Of a stretch of DNA of 43,222 nt, positions 28,089 to 37,306 are shown in pieces. Each line of letters opens with the position of its first letter. The stretch's first letter is position 1. The DNA comes from a virus. Lineage: Duplodnaviria > Caudoviricetes. A model generated the notes under the pieces. The model did not search any database. It was not told where the DNA came from and was given only the letters and a program-made list of their open reading frames with translations. The position numbers and the translations under genes were made by a program. The DNA lies in the IMG/VR virus record IMGVR_UViG_3300017653_000087, positions 1-43,222 of that record, one strand, 5' to 3'.

Positions 28089-28342
28089 GAGAGCTCTCGT
28101 AGCTCACGTCCAGAGGGGTGAAGACAGGAGGACGTAAAAGCCGTGCAAAGCGGCACGCTGGCAACTACCTCGCAGCGGAAACAAGATGTCGGAAACGTGA
28201 TGCCTGCCACTCGGCTATAGGAAGAGTGGTCCATATACGGAATGACCGCGCGTCGGTTATCTAAATGCTCTCAGGGGGTAGGGGGGCGATGAAGCCATGC
28301 CGGAATGAGTTTCAAACAGACTCTTCGTTACATACAGACGAT

Positions 28343-28852
28343 ATGATCAACATCGAACAAGCAATTGCAGAGTACAACAGGGGAACACGGCTAAAAGATA
28401 TCGGCCAAATGTTTGGTGTCTCCGAAGTGAGACTGTGGCATGCAATCCGGCCGCGCTCGGCTGATTTAATACCTAGAGGTAAACCAACCTCAGGTGGAGA
28501 ACCATCGGAATCTGAACGGTGGGTAATAAGAACTCTAATGGAACGGGGCATAGAATCGAAATTCATGGGTTACAACGCTCCCTATGACTTAACGGCAAAC
28601 GGAAAAAAGATCGAGATCAAACAGCGAACGTCCGCCACGTTCTTGAAGACCAGGAACCATGGTGCCTACTACTTTCGCAACCTGATAGGGCGGGAGCAAG
28701 TTGATCTATACGTATTGATATGCGGTTCTCTGGAAAGCCCAGTCGTCTATGTAATTCCCTCGCCGGAGATTAGAAAAGACATGAACGTGCCAGCTGTGCA
28801 CGTCGGACGTTCTCGACTAACTCAGTACCTTAATCGGTGGGACTTGGTCTGA
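28343..28852 (+). CDS. HTH plus PD-(D/E)xK nuclease (homing-endonuclease-like)
   Basis: LKDIGQMFGVS HTH; SE...PYDLTANGKKIEIK; AT-richer. Confidence 0.65.
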   Translation: MINIEQAIAEYNRGTRLKDIGQMFGVSEVRLWHAIRPRSADLIPRGKPTSGGEPSESERWVIRTLMERGIESKFMGYNAPYDLTANGKKIEIKQRTSATFLKTRNHGAYYFRNLIGREQVDLYVLICGSLESPVVYVIPSPEIRKDMNVPAVHVGRSRLTQYLNRWDLV

Positions 28853-28913
28853 ATGCACCTTATAAGACAAGTCTTGCAAGTTATGTCAACAACCTCTATA
28901 CTGTACACACCGT

Positions 28914-29093
28914 ATGGACAAGCACACCCAACAACTCATGGCCGAGTACACCGCCAGGGTTCGTAACAAGACGATCGCTGACATCTACCACGCATTAGAT
29001 GGCAAGATCCGGCCGAGTGAGTTTGCAAAAGCCTCTGGGATCTCCCAAAACCAACTCGGGAACCTCATTCGCCACTACTACCCAAAACGCTAG
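28914..29093 (+). CDS. Small HTH regulator (Cro-like), 59 aa
   Basis: Below the ORF cut-off; PSEFAKASGISQNQLGNLI; promoter TTGCAA(28874)-17-TATACT. Confidence 0.6.
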   Translation: MDKHTQQLMAEYTARVRNKTIADIYHALDGKIRPSEFAKASGISQNQLGNLIRHYYPKR

Positions 29094-29153
29094 CCTCGAT
29101 TGTAAGAAAACGGAGACAAATCTTGACAATGCTACACATACTGTGTTATTATT

Positions 29154-29423
29154 ATGTCAGATATGGACAACAACCTAACCCAACTAACTAAGGATCACGT
29201 AAAGACCATGCTGTTGCTCAACGAAGCAGAGCACTGGTTAGCTGACTGCACCAATGCAGATCAGGCCAAAAGACTCGAAGCAGAGATTCTCGATCTTATC
29301 GCTATTGCTGAATACCTTACTGGACAAATCCACGATCTCAAACAAGCACTTGATAGTCACGACTGCCACCTCGGACCTGAGGACGGTTGTGACTGCGTAA
29401 AGGAGGGCTATGCGAGAGATTAA
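29154..29423 (+). CDS. Hypothetical protein
   Basis: First gene after the TTGACA promoter at 29123; HDCH..GCDC tail. Confidence 0.6.
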   Translation: MSDMDNNLTQLTKDHVKTMLLLNEAEHWLADCTNADQAKRLEAEILDLIAIAEYLTGQIHDLKQALDSHDCHLGPEDGCDCVKEGYARD

Positions 29424-29844
29424 GTTCAGGGCGTGGCAGAAATATCACAAGAGAATGCTACCCATTACAAGTATTGGTTGGGAGGATAGCCAGATAAAGA
29501 AAGTGACTGTATATCAGGAAGCAACAGCACCTCTACTACAGACCTACGGAATTGGTGAGTATCGGCTCGAGGCTCTGGAAATCATGCAGTACACAGGCCT
29601 CCGTGACAAGAACGGCCGCGAGATCTACGAGGGGGACGTCGTTGAGAGCTGGTATGACGACGTAACTCGAGGAATCGCAACCGTCAGGACACAAGGAATG
29701 ATACAGAGCGTCCGCGGAGGATTCGTGATACATGAGTCAGATTGGATCTCTTATCCCATGATTGGACTATCTCGCAAGACGAAAGTCATCGGCAACATCT
29801 ACGAGAACCCAGAGCTCTTAGAGCGAAAGGCGGCTCGTGGATAA
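29410..29844 (+). CDS. YopX family protein
   Basis: MREIKFRAW, MQYTGLRDKNGREIYEGD, VIGNIYENPELL. Confidence 0.92.
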   Translation: MREIKFRAWQKYHKRMLPITSIGWEDSQIKKVTVYQEATAPLLQTYGIGEYRLEALEIMQYTGLRDKNGREIYEGDVVESWYDDVTRGIATVRTQGMIQSVRGGFVIHESDWISYPMIGLSRKTKVIGNIYENPELLERKAARG

Positions 29845-30064
29845 CTACGACGAAGATTACGATCCAAGCCAAGACGTTGCTGATATGTATATCGACACCG
29901 TAACTGGTGGAGATGGCGACTTTGATCCAACCAGCAGACTTGATCTTGATGAGGTCAAGGAACGGCTCAACGAGGGCAAGGTCGAAGTCAAAACCAAGAA
30001 AGTCTATATCCCGTTATGGGAGCGTGAGTGGACGCTGATCAAGCCAGGGGAGGATAAAAACTAA
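29837..30064 (+). CDS. Hypothetical acidic protein
   Basis: Operon-packed ORF. Confidence 0.55.
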   Translation: MDNYDEDYDPSQDVADMYIDTVTGGDGDFDPTSRLDLDEVKERLNEGKVEVKTKKVYIPLWEREWTLIKPGEDKN

Positions 30065-30065
30065 T

Positions 30066-30224
30066 ATGACGAACTTTGAAGACTACCTACGAGCCGTTCA
30101 CGCCAGTACTTACACAGGGACTGATGATGATATGGCAGACGCCTTTGAGCACTGGCTCTCTGATCTGGACACGGCCGAGGTTATCGAACTCGCGAATGAA
30201 GCGATCAAGACACTAACCAAGTAA
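30066..30224 (+). CDS. Hypothetical 52-aa protein
   Basis: MTNFEDYLRAVHASTYTGTDDDMADAFEHWL...; fills the gap; GGAGG SD. Confidence 0.55.
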   Translation: MTNFEDYLRAVHASTYTGTDDDMADAFEHWLSDLDTAEVIELANEAIKTLTK

Positions 30225-30225
30225 T

Positions 30226-30981
30226 ATGAAACTGAAACAGACACAACCAAACAAGCTGATCGTCGAGAAACGACGCTGTCGCAACTGCGATAAGCCGACC
30301 CTCTTTGAGAGCAGTATCCTGCCAGGCAAAACCATCTGTGACGAGTGCGAACCCAAGGTTCGTGAGTCCAAGATCTGGCACGATGCCCATATGAAAAATA
30401 AACGTTCAAAGCAAGCAACCAAGACACGTACCACCAGAGGTCGCCGTGGATCGAATCAATACGCGATCAAGTCTCACGATCGTACCTGGCTAACGGTGTT
30501 GATCGTGCTGGTGCTTGGCACCCTGTTGCTCCTGATGCTCAACGCTATGTTCACTCCGAGGCTCGACGATACATTCTTGAACCGAAAAGCCGAGGCGAGC
30601 TTCATAAGCCCGCTTCCGACAGTACTTGCGAGTGCAGTCGTTGCTACCCCTACCCCGTCAGGAGAACGGCAGAACTCTTCTGATGGGGAGGTAGCGGACT
30701 TCATTCGTCGTGTCCACCGCAAGGAATCATCATCAGGTACCAACACCAACCCAGACGCGCTCCACAACCGTTGTAAGGCTCAAGGAAAGTCCAACGAGTA
30801 CGGATATGGTGGTATGGCCTTGATGATCTGTTTTGACAGCCATGAGGAGGCTACTGCACGCGTTGCACGTTGGTACCTCGAACACAGGCCAGGGCGAACC
30901 GAGGCACAGACCTACTGCCGATACAACATCGGCGGAGAGCACGAGACCTGTGCGTACTGGGAGGAGGTACGAGCATGGTAA
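30226..30981 (+). CDS. Membrane protein with possible lysozyme/SLT-like domain
   Basis: Zn-ribbon N-terminus, TM helix, S/T/P linker, helix-KESS motif. Confidence 0.5.
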   Translation: MKLKQTQPNKLIVEKRRCRNCDKPTLFESSILPGKTICDECEPKVRESKIWHDAHMKNKRSKQATKTRTTRGRRGSNQYAIKSHDRTWLTVLIVLVLGTLLLLMLNAMFTPRLDDTFLNRKAEASFISPLPTVLASAVVATPTPSGERQNSSDGEVADFIRRVHRKESSSGTNTNPDALHNRCKAQGKSNEYGYGGMALMICFDSHEEATARVARWYLEHRPGRTEAQTYCRYNIGGEHETCAYWEEVRAW

Positions 30982-31343
30982 GAGAGATCAAATTTCGAGT
31001 GTGGGATGAGAAGCGAAAGAAGATGCTCGTGCCGGCAGGCATCTATGAGGACGGTGTGCCGTTCATTCGCTACAACGACGGATCGAACGCTATGCCGCTA
31101 AATGACTATCCAGTCATGCAATACACAGGCCTCAAGGACAAGAACGGCCGAGAGATCTACGAGGGGGATCTTCTTTCTGTCGCCCCCCATTCACGTCCCT
31201 ATGAGGTTCGATGGGTTGGAGCGGGATTCTTCGGCGTAGATCCTGAATACAACGACCTCGAGATGCACGCAAACGCCGTTAAAGACATGGAAGTCGTCGG
31301 AAACATCTGGGAGACCCCAGAGCTGTTGGAGGGTAAGTCATGA
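30975..31343 (+). CDS. YopX family protein (second paralog)
   Basis: REIKFRVW, MQYTGLKDKNGREIYEGD, VVGNIWETPELL. Confidence 0.92.
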   Translation: MVREIKFRVWDEKRKKMLVPAGIYEDGVPFIRYNDGSNAMPLNDYPVMQYTGLKDKNGREIYEGDLLSVAPHSRPYEVRWVGAGFFGVDPEYNDLEMHANAVKDMEVVGNIWETPELLEGKS

Positions 31344-31470
31344 GCTTCCTCTACGCCGTGTGCTTCCTGTCAGTCGCTATCCCTGGCCTGTTCGTACTCG
31401 GTCTGATCTGGGGAGAAGATGAGAAAACAAACAAACGAATCAAGACACGTATGAGAGGAGGTGTAACACG

Positions 31471-32127
31471 ATGAAACTACGCGAAACGCTAATCAAGATC
31501 CAAGCGGAGCTGGACGCTCCCAAGAATCAGCACAACAGCTTTGGGAACTACAACTACCGCAGTTGTGAAGACATCCTGGCGGCCGTCAAGCCGTTTCTGG
31601 GTGACTGCATCTTGCTCCTCAACGATGAGGTGGTAAATGTCGGAGCACATAACTATGTCAAGGCAACGGCGACGCTCTCAGATACAGAAAACACCGTTGA
31701 GGTCTCAGCTTACGCACGAGAAGCGCTCGATCGTAAAGGTATGGATGACAGCCAGATCACAGGATCAGCCTCATCCTACGCACGCAAATACGCGCTTAAC
31801 GGCCTGTTTGCTATCGATGACGTGAAAGACGCTGACACGACCGACAACCGTAAGCCGGCTACCAAACCAGTACGCACGGTCAACCACGATCTCAAGGCAG
31901 CGGCCGAGCAAGCTAACGCCAAGATCGCAAGCGACCTGAGCGGGATCAAAGCATCAGACGTGGACGAGGTTCTCGGCAACGATGAACCCCTGCCCTGGGA
32001 GACAACCCCGCCGTGTGAGACCTGTGGACAGCCTACAACGCACAAGACAGGTACAAGTAAGACAGGGAAAGACTGGGAAGCGCTCTTCTGTGCATCAGGA
32101 GATCGGGACCACGCGAAGTGGCTATAG
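31471..32127 (+). CDS. erf: ERF family single-strand annealing protein
   Basis: APKNQHNSFGNYNYRSCEDIL, QITGSASSYARKYALNGLFAIDD. Confidence 0.92.
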   Translation: MKLRETLIKIQAELDAPKNQHNSFGNYNYRSCEDILAAVKPFLGDCILLLNDEVVNVGAHNYVKATATLSDTENTVEVSAYAREALDRKGMDDSQITGSASSYARKYALNGLFAIDDVKDADTTDNRKPATKPVRTVNHDLKAAAEQANAKIASDLSGIKASDVDEVLGNDEPLPWETTPPCETCGQPTTHKTGTSKTGKDWEALFCASGDRDHAKWL

Positions 32128-32235
32128 ACCACCACGAGTTTGTTCTCGTGGACGGCGGCTGAGTTATCCCCGGTGAGGTGTTTTCATATCCGCCCCACCA
32201 CTGACTCGACCGCTCGTTCAGGGGAACAAATCATT

Positions 32236-32496
32236 ATGACAAGACCAGAATTCTTACAACGGGCTGGCGACAACCTCCATACACACGCCTACCAAGGCAG
32301 TAGCCAAGAGCTATTGGAGCTCATCGACCAGTACGTGGACAGCGTGATCGGGGAAGACGATTATTGCGAGTGCCAGCGCGACGAGTACGAGAGCTGTTAC
32401 CACAGTGAAGACTTAGATATTGATGAACGAAACACGCTCCGGGACGAGCAACGCGAACGTGCAGGACTGAACAAACAAACGAAAAAAGGAGTATAA
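32236..32496 (+). CDS. Hypothetical protein
   Basis: Operon-packed ORF. Confidence 0.5.
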   Translation: MTRPEFLQRAGDNLHTHAYQGSSQELLELIDQYVDSVIGEDDYCECQRDEYESCYHSEDLDIDERNTLRDEQRERAGLNKQTKKGV

Positions 32497-32513
32497 TTTG
32501 TCATAACCCAACT

Positions 32514-32906
32514 ATGGAAAAAGCATGGCGCCCATCTGACGAGACCATCGCTACACGAGTAGCAGAACCGGTCGCGCTCCCTGACCTGGACAGCATACCC
32601 GTTGAGGAGACGGCGTTCATCGACACGTTCTCGCGCCAGTTTGACCGCCACTACCAACTCACCGAGGGTATCGAGTCCTGGCTGAACGTCAACCCCGATT
32701 ACGACTGCTTCACCTATCTTCCTGAGACGACTGATGGCACCTACACGCCCGATCAAGGCGCGTTCAAGGTCACGATGGAGACTTCCCACATCGTGAAGAA
32801 GTACGTCGGCCTGAACCGCTATGAGTACCTGCGCAACCATTCAGAGCTCGGCTATGCCGTGGCTCAGGATGTCGTTGAGAGCTGGAGGAAACCAAGTGAA
32901 GAATAA
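32514..32906 (+). CDS. Hypothetical protein
   Basis: AACTATG start; TATAAT upstream. Confidence 0.55.
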   Translation: MEKAWRPSDETIATRVAEPVALPDLDSIPVEETAFIDTFSRQFDRHYQLTEGIESWLNVNPDYDCFTYLPETTDGTYTPDQGAFKVTMETSHIVKKYVGLNRYEYLRNHSELGYAVAQDVVESWRKPSEE

Positions 32907-33210
32907 ACAAACCAACGAAGAGATTTTGGAACGGGCGGTTAAGCAGGCCCAGAGCAGCGGCTTTGTGGTGGACCATAGTGGTTGGGGGTACCACCACATC
33001 ATCTTCTCCCACGACTTCGCCAAGGCGTTCTGGGGGACCGATAAGGACGTGGAGATCGGAACCGTTTGGGTCGGAGACGAACTCAACGGGGATGAAGCGC
33101 CAATCTTATACGGAGGAGAGATTTGGCAGCACCACCTCCAGCAGATGGTGCTCGAGCCCGATCCAATCCAGTACCTCGCACGGTTCCTGGGAGAGGAGGA
33201 TACTCCGTGA
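32896..33210 (+). CDS. Hypothetical phage protein
   Basis: IIFSHDFAKAFWG..WQHHLQQMVLE..PIQYL; GGAGG SD before GTG. Confidence 0.6.
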   Translation: MKNKQTNEEILERAVKQAQSSGFVVDHSGWGYHHIIFSHDFAKAFWGTDKDVEIGTVWVGDELNGDEAPILYGGEIWQHHLQQMVLEPDPIQYLARFLGEEDTP

Positions 33211-33358
33211 ACTGGGGCAAGGGTCTGCACACCCGCTACTGCGTGAGCTGTAAGCGAAACCGTATCAAGCAGGACAGCAAGAGCGGTCTGTGCGGGAGGT
33301 GCTACTCAGGTGGGAACTTCCAACGGCTGGGGAGCATCCTCAAGGGGGTCATGAAACG

Positions 33359-33568
33359 ATGAATAAACAAATCAAACAACTTGAAAAGATAGCCTACAAC
33401 CTCGGGAGGGTGCTGGAGCGTGTTGATCGTGAGGACCAACAACGCAAACGAGAACAAACCAGCTACGTCAGGGGCAGGGTAGCCAACTGGGTGCGTGACT
33501 GCGTGCAGTGTGAGCAGGAGTTTTTCCCAACGAGCAACAAGAACACCAGATGCGGGAGGTGCAGGTGA
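33359..33568 (+). CDS. Small zinc-finger protein
   Basis: CVQC..CGRC. Confidence 0.5.
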   Translation: MNKQIKQLEKIAYNLGRVLERVDREDQQRKREQTSYVRGRVANWVRDCVQCEQEFFPTSNKNTRCGRCR

Positions 33569-33921
33569 AAGCCGTGCTCCCAAAGCCACCCTCAGTCGGG
33601 ACGCTGTGGCGTATGACCAGTAAGCCATTCCCACGGATGTATATGACGGCCAGGGGTAAGCAGTGGTTCACGGATGCTGGTTGGCTGTGGAAGCAGGCAC
33701 AGGGTAGACGCAAGACCATCACAGGCGAGGTAGAGCTTGAGATCGACTTGTACTACTGCCGACCAATCGACCTTGATAACGTGCTCAAGTGTGGCCTTGA
33801 CAGCCTCACCAAGAGCGGGGTCGTGGTCGACGACAACCAGGTCGCAGGCATCAATATCCACCGCTACAAGGTGGCAACCATGAAAGAAGAACGCTTAGAG
33901 ATTGAACTATTCGAACTATGA
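33550..33921 (+). CDS. rusA: RusA family Holliday junction resolvase
   Basis: PPSV, DLDNVLK..LDSL..GVVVDDNQV. Confidence 0.88.
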   Translation: MREVQVKAVLPKPPSVGTLWRMTSKPFPRMYMTARGKQWFTDAGWLWKQAQGRRKTITGEVELEIDLYYCRPIDLDNVLKCGLDSLTKSGVVVDDNQVAGINIHRYKVATMKEERLEIELFEL

Positions 33922-33937
33922 GAGGAGGGGAAACACT

Positions 33938-34300
33938 ATAAGAAACCTAAACAGAGTTGAGTTGATCGGCAACCTAACCCGTGACCCAGAGTTGCGCTTC
34001 ACCGGTTCAGGCCAGGCAGTCACCAACATGGGCCTTGCAACCAACCGCTCATGGAAAACAGACGGAGGGGAAGCCAAAGAAGAGACCGAGTTTCACACGA
34101 TCACCGTCTGGGGCAAGCTTGCTGAGATCTGTAGCCAGCACTTAACCAAGGGACGCCGCGTCTACATCGAGGGACGGCTTCAGACTCGTAAGTACGAGAA
34201 CGCACAAGGGGTCGAAGTCTCAGCAACCGAGATCGTGGCAACTGACATGATCATGCTAGACAACAAACAAACGAACCAACAGATCGGAGGTGATCTGTAA
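33938..34300 (+). CDS. ssb: Single-stranded DNA-binding protein (probable ATA start)
   Basis: LNRVELIGNLTRDPELR, TEFH..WGKLAE..L.KG..VYIEGRLQTR. Confidence 0.93.
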   Translation: MRNLNRVELIGNLTRDPELRFTGSGQAVTNMGLATNRSWKTDGGEAKEETEFHTITVWGKLAEICSQHLTKGRRVYIEGRLQTRKYENAQGVEVSATEIVATDMIMLDNKQTNQQIGGDL

Positions 34301-34524
34301 TGCGTGACGTGTTTTATGCGATCAAGGCACTCGTCGACGGTCTTGCCGACATGCTCATCCAAGAGGGAGATCCACTGTCAAACAGGCTCCTGAGACTGGG
34401 GCTCTACGTCCTGGTGTTTGTCGGACTGCCACTGGTGGTTCTGGTCTCTTTGCCGTACGGCCTCGGGCTTATCGTCCTAATCGGCTTTATCGCCCTGCTG
34501 ATCTTTGGAATACCAAACTTCTAG
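34300..34524 (+). CDS. Small membrane protein
   Basis: Two TM segments; GGAGGTG SD. Confidence 0.6.
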   Translation: MRDVFYAIKALVDGLADMLIQEGDPLSNRLLRLGLYVLVFVGLPLVVLVSLPYGLGLIVLIGFIALLIFGIPNF

Positions 34525-34572
34525 GTTCGACTGCGGGGCCCTTCGTCGTTGGAGGGCTTCGCGATCGAGACT

Positions 34573-34797
34573 ATGAAATGGACAACTAGACCAATAACAA
34601 AACGAAGATCAATCCGAGCATTTGACCTCGGGCTTCCTGGCGCTGTCCTTCATGACCTCCAGTGCTGGGTGTGTGAGAAGGAACCGGCTGTCTATGACAT
34701 GAATCCGAACTGGGTGTTTCGTCCTTGCTGGAAGTGTCAGGAGAAGGGAATAGGAGCGCCACCGAAGAAACGGCGCTGGTGGGAGGTATGGAAATGA
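34573..34797 (+). CDS. Small zinc-finger protein
   Basis: CWVC..CWKC. Confidence 0.5.
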   Translation: MKWTTRPITKRRSIRAFDLGLPGAVLHDLQCWVCEKEPAVYDMNPNWVFRPCWKCQEKGIGAPPKKRRWWEVWK

Positions 34798-34991
34798 ACA
34801 GACTAACGGCCACGGCCGACATCACCAACGAGTTCGACGAGGTCGTCGTGCCAGCCGGCACTGTCCTGACGCGCTCTGGAGACGTCTACGAGGGGCGTAA
34901 CGAACTTACCGGCAACAAGATCCAGATGCATGCGTCCTGGGCTGAGAACGAGGTCTATATGGAATCGTGGGAAAAGGAGGCATCTGAGTAG
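34794..34991 (+). CDS. Hypothetical protein
   Basis: ATGA overlap; GGAGGT SD. Confidence 0.5.
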   Translation: MNRLTATADITNEFDEVVVPAGTVLTRSGDVYEGRNELTGNKIQMHASWAENEVYMESWEKEASE

Positions 34992-35262
34992 CGAGCGTGA
35001 ACCGATCGACTTTATTGCTGAACGCGCTAAACGAGGCGTAGAGCCACTCCGTCCCAGACTCCTGCCTCGGGAGATGAAACCCGTCCTCAGGATCGTTCCT
35101 GACGTACCACAGACGCCCAGAATCACGATGGAGCAACGCATCAACGAGGGTTGGGACAACGTGATGTGCTGCGGGAAGACCTACGAGCTCTCAGACATGG
35201 TTGAGCAAGCCTCAGATCGCTTGTGGGAGGCTCAACTGCCCAGAGAGGAGGAGTATGACTAA
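34930..35262 (+). CDS. Hypothetical protein (start uncertain)
   Basis: Operon-packed ORF. Confidence 0.4.
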   Translation: MRPGLRTRSIWNRGKRRHLSSEREPIDFIAERAKRGVEPLRPRLLPREMKPVLRIVPDVPQTPRITMEQRINEGWDNVMCCGKTYELSDMVEQASDRLWEAQLPREEEYD

Positions 35263-35422
35263 ACGAGACCAGCCAACGTTTACGGCCAACTGTGCCTGGT
35301 GTAAGCAGGACTTTGAGAAACCCGTTCACCGTAAACGCATCGGTCAGGAGAACCACTTCTGTAGCAACGAACACTCGATCCTGTATAAGCGCAAGCACCG
35401 TGTGTGGGGAAGTTGGAGCTAG
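35255..35422 (+). CDS. Small zinc-finger protein
   Basis: CAWC..F..HFCS..H; GAGGAG SD. Confidence 0.5.
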   Translation: MTKRDQPTFTANCAWCKQDFEKPVHRKRIGQENHFCSNEHSILYKRKHRVWGSWS

Positions 35423-35573
35423 GGTATCCATGAGATCCAGACCCGATGAATCAAGCGGGGACACCCTAGCTATACCGACCGACCATGAGACGAGTATGCG
35501 CTGTGTGAGTCAATAAACAAACAAACACAGGTAAGAGTGTTGCAAGGATCTGCTATAATCGACATAACCAACT

Positions 35574-36056
35574 ATGCCCAAGAAGACCGCAGACGAACCA
35601 CAATCGACCGTAGAGAAACACGCAGGCGGCCGGCCGCTTGTCTTCAAGACTCCCGAGGATCTTTCTGAGAAGATCGAAGAATACTTTACGTACTGCGATG
35701 CCAAGACCAAGGAGATCCACTCAGAGAAGCTCGGCGACATGATCGTCCCAGACCCCGAGCCGTACACACTCTCAGGCCTTGCCGTCTGGCTAGGAGTAGA
35801 CCGAAAGACGCTTTTGAACTACTCCGAACGCGACGAGTTTTTCCCCACAATAAAACAAGCACGAGCCCGAGTGGAAGCTGACCTCGAGCGTAGGTTAAGT
35901 CACAAGGACACTTTCACGACTGGGCTGATTTTCAACGCCAAGAATAACTTCGGTTGGGTAGATACTCCAACGACAGTGCAACAAATCAACGTCGGCTCGG
36001 ACAAAGGCAACGCCATTACGTTCGTCGACTTCAAACATGAACCAAAGAGTCAATGA
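35574..36056 (+). CDS. terS: Terminase small subunit (P22 gp3-like)
   Basis: GGRPLVFKTPEDL..IEEYF, PYTLSGLAVWLG, GLIFNAKNNFGW; TGcTATAAT promoter upstream. Confidence 0.85.
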   Translation: MPKKTADEPQSTVEKHAGGRPLVFKTPEDLSEKIEEYFTYCDAKTKEIHSEKLGDMIVPDPEPYTLSGLAVWLGVDRKTLLNYSERDEFFPTIKQARARVEADLERRLSHKDTFTTGLIFNAKNNFGWVDTPTTVQQINVGSDKGNAITFVDFKHEPKSQ

Positions 36057-37299
36057 GAAATACCGACCGCTTTTCACTCAGCGGGTGCGCTACATCATTC
36101 TGATGGGTGGCCGTGGTGCTGGCAGGTCAACGGTTGCCTCCCAATTCGCCCTGGCAAAGCTCAAGGGGCTTGAGTACTTCCGCTGTGCCATCATGCGTTA
36201 CATTTTGGGCGACATCCGTAACTCGATCTACCGCGAGATCACCGATCGCGCCGAAGAGTTAGAGGTCCTTGACTCACTCAGTGTCACCGACAACCTGATG
36301 AAGCTGGAATACGGGCAAAACAGCATCAACGCGGTCGGCTTCAAGAAGTCCTCAGGGGACCAGAAGTCCAAGCTCAAGTCACTTGCCTCCTACAACTGCG
36401 TCATCATCGAGGAAGCAGACGAGATCCCCGAAGAAGACTTCATGCAGCTGGATGACTCACTCAGAACACTCAAGGGTGACATCACGATCATCCTGCTCCT
36501 CAATCCACCGGCCAAGAACCACTGGATCATCAAGCGCTGGATGAACCTGCTGGAGTGTGGTGTCAGTGGCTTCTATGACTTCACGCTCAAGCCAGGCATG
36601 ACCGACACCGTCCTGATCAAGACCAACTACCGCGATAACCTAGCTAACCTCTCACCGCAGTCAGTCGCTCAGTACGAACGCTACAAGGAGACTAAGCCGG
36701 CTCATTACTGGAACATGGTCGAGGGGCTAGTCCCTGAAACCGTCGTCGGGAAGATCTATAACAACTGGCAGATCGTCGAGAGCGTCCCGCACGAAGCCAG
36801 ACTCGAGCGGTATGGCCTGGATTTTGGCTACACCAACGATCCCACGGCGATTGCGGCCATCTACTACTACAACGGTGGCTATATCCTCGATGAGATCGCT
36901 TACTTGCATGGCCTGTCTAACAAGCGGATCGCAGACATCATCCTGAACCAGCCTCAAGCCCTCGTCGTTGCTGATTCGGCCGAGCCTAAGTCAATCGATG
37001 AGATCGCAAGCTACGGCATCTCGATTCTGCCGAGCCAAAAAGGGCAGGGCAGTGTCAATCAGGGCATCCAGTACGTGCAGGACAAGCAGATCAGTGTGAC
37101 AGCGAGGTCTCGCAACATCCTCGCTGAATACGAGAACTACGCCTGGAAAGTCGACAAGGACGGGGAAGTGCTCAACGTGCCAGAAGACGCCTGGAACCAC
37201 GCCATGGACGCAATCAGGTACGGTATGGAGAGTCTCAAGCCAGTCGATCGAGATGAACCATTCCCAACGATCACCTTTGACGAGATGGGGCTGTACTAA
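36037..37299 (+). CDS. terL: Terminase large subunit (PBSX family)
   Basis: GGRGAGRS, IIEEADE, LLNPP, GLDFGYTNDPTA, ADSAEPKSI, NHAMDAIRY. Confidence 0.95.
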   Translation: MNQRVNEKYRPLFTQRVRYIILMGGRGAGRSTVASQFALAKLKGLEYFRCAIMRYILGDIRNSIYREITDRAEELEVLDSLSVTDNLMKLEYGQNSINAVGFKKSSGDQKSKLKSLASYNCVIIEEADEIPEEDFMQLDDSLRTLKGDITIILLLNPPAKNHWIIKRWMNLLECGVSGFYDFTLKPGMTDTVLIKTNYRDNLANLSPQSVAQYERYKETKPAHYWNMVEGLVPETVVGKIYNNWQIVESVPHEARLERYGLDFGYTNDPTAIAAIYYYNGGYILDEIAYLHGLSNKRIADIILNQPQALVVADSAEPKSIDEIASYGISILPSQKGQGSVNQGIQYVQDKQISVTARSRNILAEYENYAWKVDKDGEVLNVPEDAWNHAMDAIRYGMESLKPVDRDEPFPTITFDEMGLY

Positions 37300-37306
37300 C
37301 AAACAA

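Noticed and set aside
29584-31170. Near-identical ~55-nt stretches in the two YopX genes as a DGR template/variable repeat
   Set aside because: They encode the conserved YopX motif, mismatches are not adenine-specific, and no reverse transcriptase is present
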